DNA of 64,000 nucleotides from Massalongia carnosa (taxonomy: Eukaryota). Below the pieces are notes generated by a model that worked only from the letters and a program-made list of their open reading frames with translations, searched no databases and was not told where the DNA came from. The position numbers and the translations under genes are program-made. Shown here in pieces: positions 60,101 through 64,000 of this stretch; position 1 is the first letter of the stretch; the number at the start of each line of letters is the position of its first letter. The DNA is taken from NCBI GenBank assembly GCA_965645245.1, contig OZ287067.1, forward strand, positions 3,224,001 through 3,288,000, given 5' to 3'.

Positions 60101-62553
60101 GCTCGCAACGTTAAACCACCACCACATCACTAAAGCACCACCGCATCATTTAAATTACTATTACATTTACTATCACATTATTATTTATTATTATATCGTT
60201 AAATTACTATTGCCGCTTTAATAAAGAGCTGAAACCTAGTAATATCCTAATTGTTCTTGTACATCATTGTCAGACTCGTTGCCTCCATCAGTATCGTCTT
60301 CATCAAACGGCAGAAAATCTCTTTGCAAAGAAGAATCACCTGTAACATCTGTGATGAATGTTGTCTCCGCCTCATCTTCATCTTCATCTTCATTATATAC
60401 TTGAGATTTAGTCTTTTTCGCTTTCTTTCTCTCTTCTTCTTGCCAAGTAACATCTGTTGCCTTCCAAATTGCTTCAAGATCGGGAATAGGAATAAGATGC
60501 TCGGAGGAAATAGCAAGATCTTGTTTTGAAAGCTCTTTAATTTGTCATAAACGATTTCTTTCTTGCTTTCGAGCAATCACTCCTTCTGCATATTTGGCGT
60601 CTCTTTCCATACGCCAAATCTTCATCCATGTCTGATGCTGCTTCTTTGCTTCTGTTTCTTTAGCTTGTTTTTCCTTTGCTGCAATCATCTCCTCAGCATT
60701 CTCTTTAGTAAGCCCTAATCCTGAACCTAAGGTTCGTAATCGCTTACGAGAGGTAGATTTCTGTTTTAAGTCATCTTCTCTTCTTTTCTGTTATATAGAT
60801 AATTGAATATCATTAAACGTAGCTTGTGTACAAACGGTTTTTGTATTATTAACAAACGACTCAAATTGCTCTGAGCGAGCCGGATCACTCCACAACATTC
60901 CTTGTTGAATTTTCTTCTGCCATGTTTGAAGTCCTATTTCAACATCTATTGAGGATGTTGGCTGAATATGAGGCAAGATTGGAAGAGTAGGCTCTTTTTC
61001 TTTATTGTGTAGCTTTTCTTGAGCATCAGGCGGCTTGAAAGTTTTAGGCAGTGAGATGCAGTTTTTAGCATTAACAGGCCACATTCCTGATTTCTCAAAA
61101 GCACTTCGAATAGTACATTTCTTGAAAGTATTATCACGTATCTTAGTAAGATCCGCAAGAAATCGCTGTAATGTATACTCAACATTAAAGTCCAGTAGAG
61201 CATCTTGAATTGCCATATCATGCCAGTGTTTATAAGGTTGAAATACTCCAACATCAAGCGGCTGCATACAGTGTGTAAGATGCGGTATAAGTGGATAAGG
61301 ACGAATGTAATTTATGTTAGCAAGAGCTATGAACTCAGGAGTACAATGACTGCCATGATTATCCATGAGCATTATTTTCCAGTCTGCTTCTAGTCCAGAG
61401 TCTGAATGATCAATATAATGCTGAAGAAATGCCTGTGCTATCTTGTCAGAGGTAAATCCGTTTTCTGAAGGTATAATTCGAGTTCCCTTTGGCAGCTCTT
61501 TTGAAAACCAGTCCATCATGATTTCATGTCCTTGTATAAGAATTAAAGGTGGTGGAGGATAGTCGCCCGCTGCATTGATGCATTCAAATATCGGGAGAGA
61601 TTTACGATTTTCAGTGTGACGAAGCGAGATAGTGAATAGATTTCTACCATTGCGCCACCTGTCCTTCCCGACCAAAAGGCACAATACTTAGTCCGCAGAC
61701 TAAGCTCTATTCTACTATAACTGGGACTCCTGCTATGTTCGCTGTAGGTCCTGCCGTCCGCACCACGTATGGTCGAACCGTTACATTCAGAACTTATCGC
61801 ATAGAACTAAAATATATATTTAACTTGCTGAATAAATGAATAAGAATATAGAATCTAACTTCTAATACGTCTGTGGGTGCCAGAATTTGATGCCCTTTCA
61901 TACACCCAACACGAAAGCCTGCCTCATCGAAATTGACAATATTTTTCTTTGTTTTGATCTGTAACGTCTTTAAAGCTTGTCTATAATCTACAAACCATGC
62001 TTGTATATCCTTCTCTTGTGCAGCGGTGAATTGTATCATTGCTAATGGCTTAGTCTTGATCTTGTGTAGGTTATTCTTTTTCCACCATGTTCTGAACCAG
62101 CGTAGAGTAGGTCCACTCGACTCAGGATTTTGCCCGCGTTTTAACCCGACAATTGCATTGAATACAACTCCGTGCGATGGTTGAATACCCTGTGCAAGTA
62201 AGGATCGAATAAAGTGATGAATCGCTTTTACTTGATGCTCCTCAAGTATCTTGTTTTGTCCACCTCTTGCGCTTTTTGCACTGGAAGAAGATTTCTTGTT
62301 AGAAGAAGATTTCATATCAGAAAAAGAAGATTTCTTATCAGTCGCAATAGAGCTGTACAACGTTGTAGGCCGAATTTTGAATATCTGAGCTGCGCATGCA
62401 GTTCGTTCGTCAGGATTTTCCAACAAGAATGTTTTAGCATCACTAATACGTGTTTGTAAGGATACAGATTCCATTGTAGATATAGAGAGTAATGGTTTAT
62501 GATGTGATAATAATATAATAATGTGATATTATTAAATTCATACTCGTTGTGAC
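60101..62553 (-). mobile_element. Pogo/Fot1-type transposon with disrupted, intron-containing transposase
   Basis: ATG 62474 (MESVSLQTRISDAK), VNFDEAGF / LMDNHGSH / QPLDVG. Intron 61859-61807, solo LTR insertion, premature TAA at 60791 with the frame continuing. Degenerate termini (TC[G/A]CAACG...CACATCA) at ~60101 and ~62553; ends approximate. Confidence 0.85.
61615..61785. mobile_element. 171-bp solo LTR inserted in the pogo transposase
   Basis: TGTGAC...GTTACA ends, 5-bp TSD TTCAG (61610-61614 / 61786-61790). Excision restores FYAISSENRKSL. Confidence 0.92.
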
Positions 62554-62639
62554 ATCAGCTACAGCCGACCCATGCGAGAAAAGCTATCAAAGTTTCAAAG
62601 AAAACCCTCATCGAGGGGAAAAAACCTTCATCTGTATAC

Positions 62640-63120
62640 CTACACGTGATCGCTCGACCTCACTTCGCGAATGCTACGTTTCGCCAGCGCCACGTCTACG
62701 ACACACATGCGTATCAAGAGACTACCTTCTGCCTCTGTTATAACTAGAGTTTGTGACTATCACTACGCGACAGTCAGGGGGAGGAAGAAAGACACTCTAC
62801 AGCTAGCGAAAACTGTGTCAGTAGATTAGTCCGCATAAGCCAGCGAGCGGAGGCTCGTAAGCCCTTTTCGGTGGTCAGAAGGCGGCGATAATCCGTCGTT
62901 CCGGCGTCTCTGCACATGTTGCTTCGGCCGTTAACAAACCTGGGGCAGCTGAGTAGCACATGCTTGAGCGTCTGGCGTGCCCATCCACAGCTACACGCCG
63001 GCGAAGCGAACGTGGGAACTCGACGAGAGAAGAGATAATCCGCCAAGCCAATACGCTCAGTACGCATTTGAATGATGAGGCTGCTTTCGGATTTGCTGAA
63101 GTTCTTATGTAATCCCAGCT
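62640..63120 (-). mobile_element. 5'-truncated LINE (Tad1-like) 3' end
   Basis: LHKNFSKSESSLIIQMRTERIGLADYL...CSCGWARQTLKHVLLSCP (C-terminal C-x-C-x8-H-x4-C knuckle)...ARWLMRTNLLTQF, typical of the end of fungal LINE ORF2. The 3' UTR end is approximate. Confidence 0.85.
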
Positions 63121-64000
63121 AAGAATGATAAAATAGAGTTGACATCTCTCTCCTTCGTGAAGTCTCTATCCCAGTTTTCGTTCATCTCACTGGTGCGTTT
63201 TACGGCCCAAGATTATTGATGAATTCTACGATTGGGGTGAACGACGTCCCTTTCGCCCAGGTCAAACCCAGTTTACTCCTTAAGCATATATCAAGGGCGA
63301 GGCTAGCCGTAGCCCATGCGCCGGCGAACCGACGGGGTCTCGTTACGAGCGAGATAGACATTCCCTGCTCTATATACACCGACATGCGCATACTGTCCTC
63401 TCGGGCTATGCAGACGGTCTCCGTACGGTGGCCGCCATTGCATACCACGCCTCACGGGTTTTTTACGCCCACTTCGCGTTATTCATAAAGGTCTCCCGTT
63501 TATGAACCGACCATGTCTCGCAGGGATTTCGACCACTATGCTCCTGACCAGGCAGTATAGTATCGATTTTCCGTCCCTACTAACCAAAACGAGTCGAGGA
63601 CAACTCGGAGGGGTGCTCGTTTCAAATTCGTCTATTAGCTCAGGGCCTAGACTGTTATCAATTAACGGGTTCCTCGTATATTGCCCTCTTCTTGTCCCAA
63701 GGGTGTCCTATTTGATGACTAGGTTGCCTCCACCATCCCCGGTACGACTCCGGTTCGGGCCGTGTTGCTCACGGTAGCCATCAATCGGATGGTTTTCATA
63801 ACCCAAATCCCTTGTATCGTGTAGGGTGTGACCCTACACTATGTGTCTATATGTTTTATTTCTTTCAGCCGGAGGGCTCCGTGTTGTAGACGAAGGAGAC
63901 CCGTGTGACAGACATAGCTGACCCGTGTCGTACGTCTTTAGCTCTCAGCCGATGACTGCATGAAAGGACTTGAACCTTTAAGAGTATGACTGAACGTTGT

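Overview
Eukaryotic, intron-containing DNA from a filamentous ascomycete (Pezizomycotina; the exact lineage cannot be fixed from this window). About 1-28.6 kb is a transposon-rich accessory region. It holds a broken MULE, two Copia-family LTR insertions (a solo LTR and a full-length defective element whose 5' LTR is split by an apparently intact pogo/CENP-B-type DNA transposon), a broken pogo/Fot1, a broken Tc1 (DD34E) and an internally deleted MULE with a 9-bp TSD. Host genes among these are two divergent SUR7/PalI genes, an acid-ceramidase/NAAA-like Ntn hydrolase, a small multi-exon hypothetical gene, a UPF0047/YjbQ gene and a tandem array of three BTB/POZ genes (one intact, two pseudogenes) that share a C-terminal H-x3-H-x2-C-x1/2-C motif. 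About 28.9-59.6 kb is ordinary gene-dense DNA: METTL25/RRNAD1-like methyltransferase, TLG1, AA11 LPMO, DUF3433 membrane protein, RPL4, a secreted beta-propeller and TRA1. The last 4 kb is again TE debris: an intron-bearing pogo with a nested solo LTR, and a LINE 3' end. I see no CRISPR array, rRNA or intact tRNA, and no convincing wholly new system. The best leads are the BTB-coiled-coil-HHCC array, the defective Copia with near-identical LTRs and an 11x50-bp leader array, a tRNA-derived Pol III-like unit, and a 2-TM PalI variant. All family assignments come from motif recognition by eye, not from database searches.
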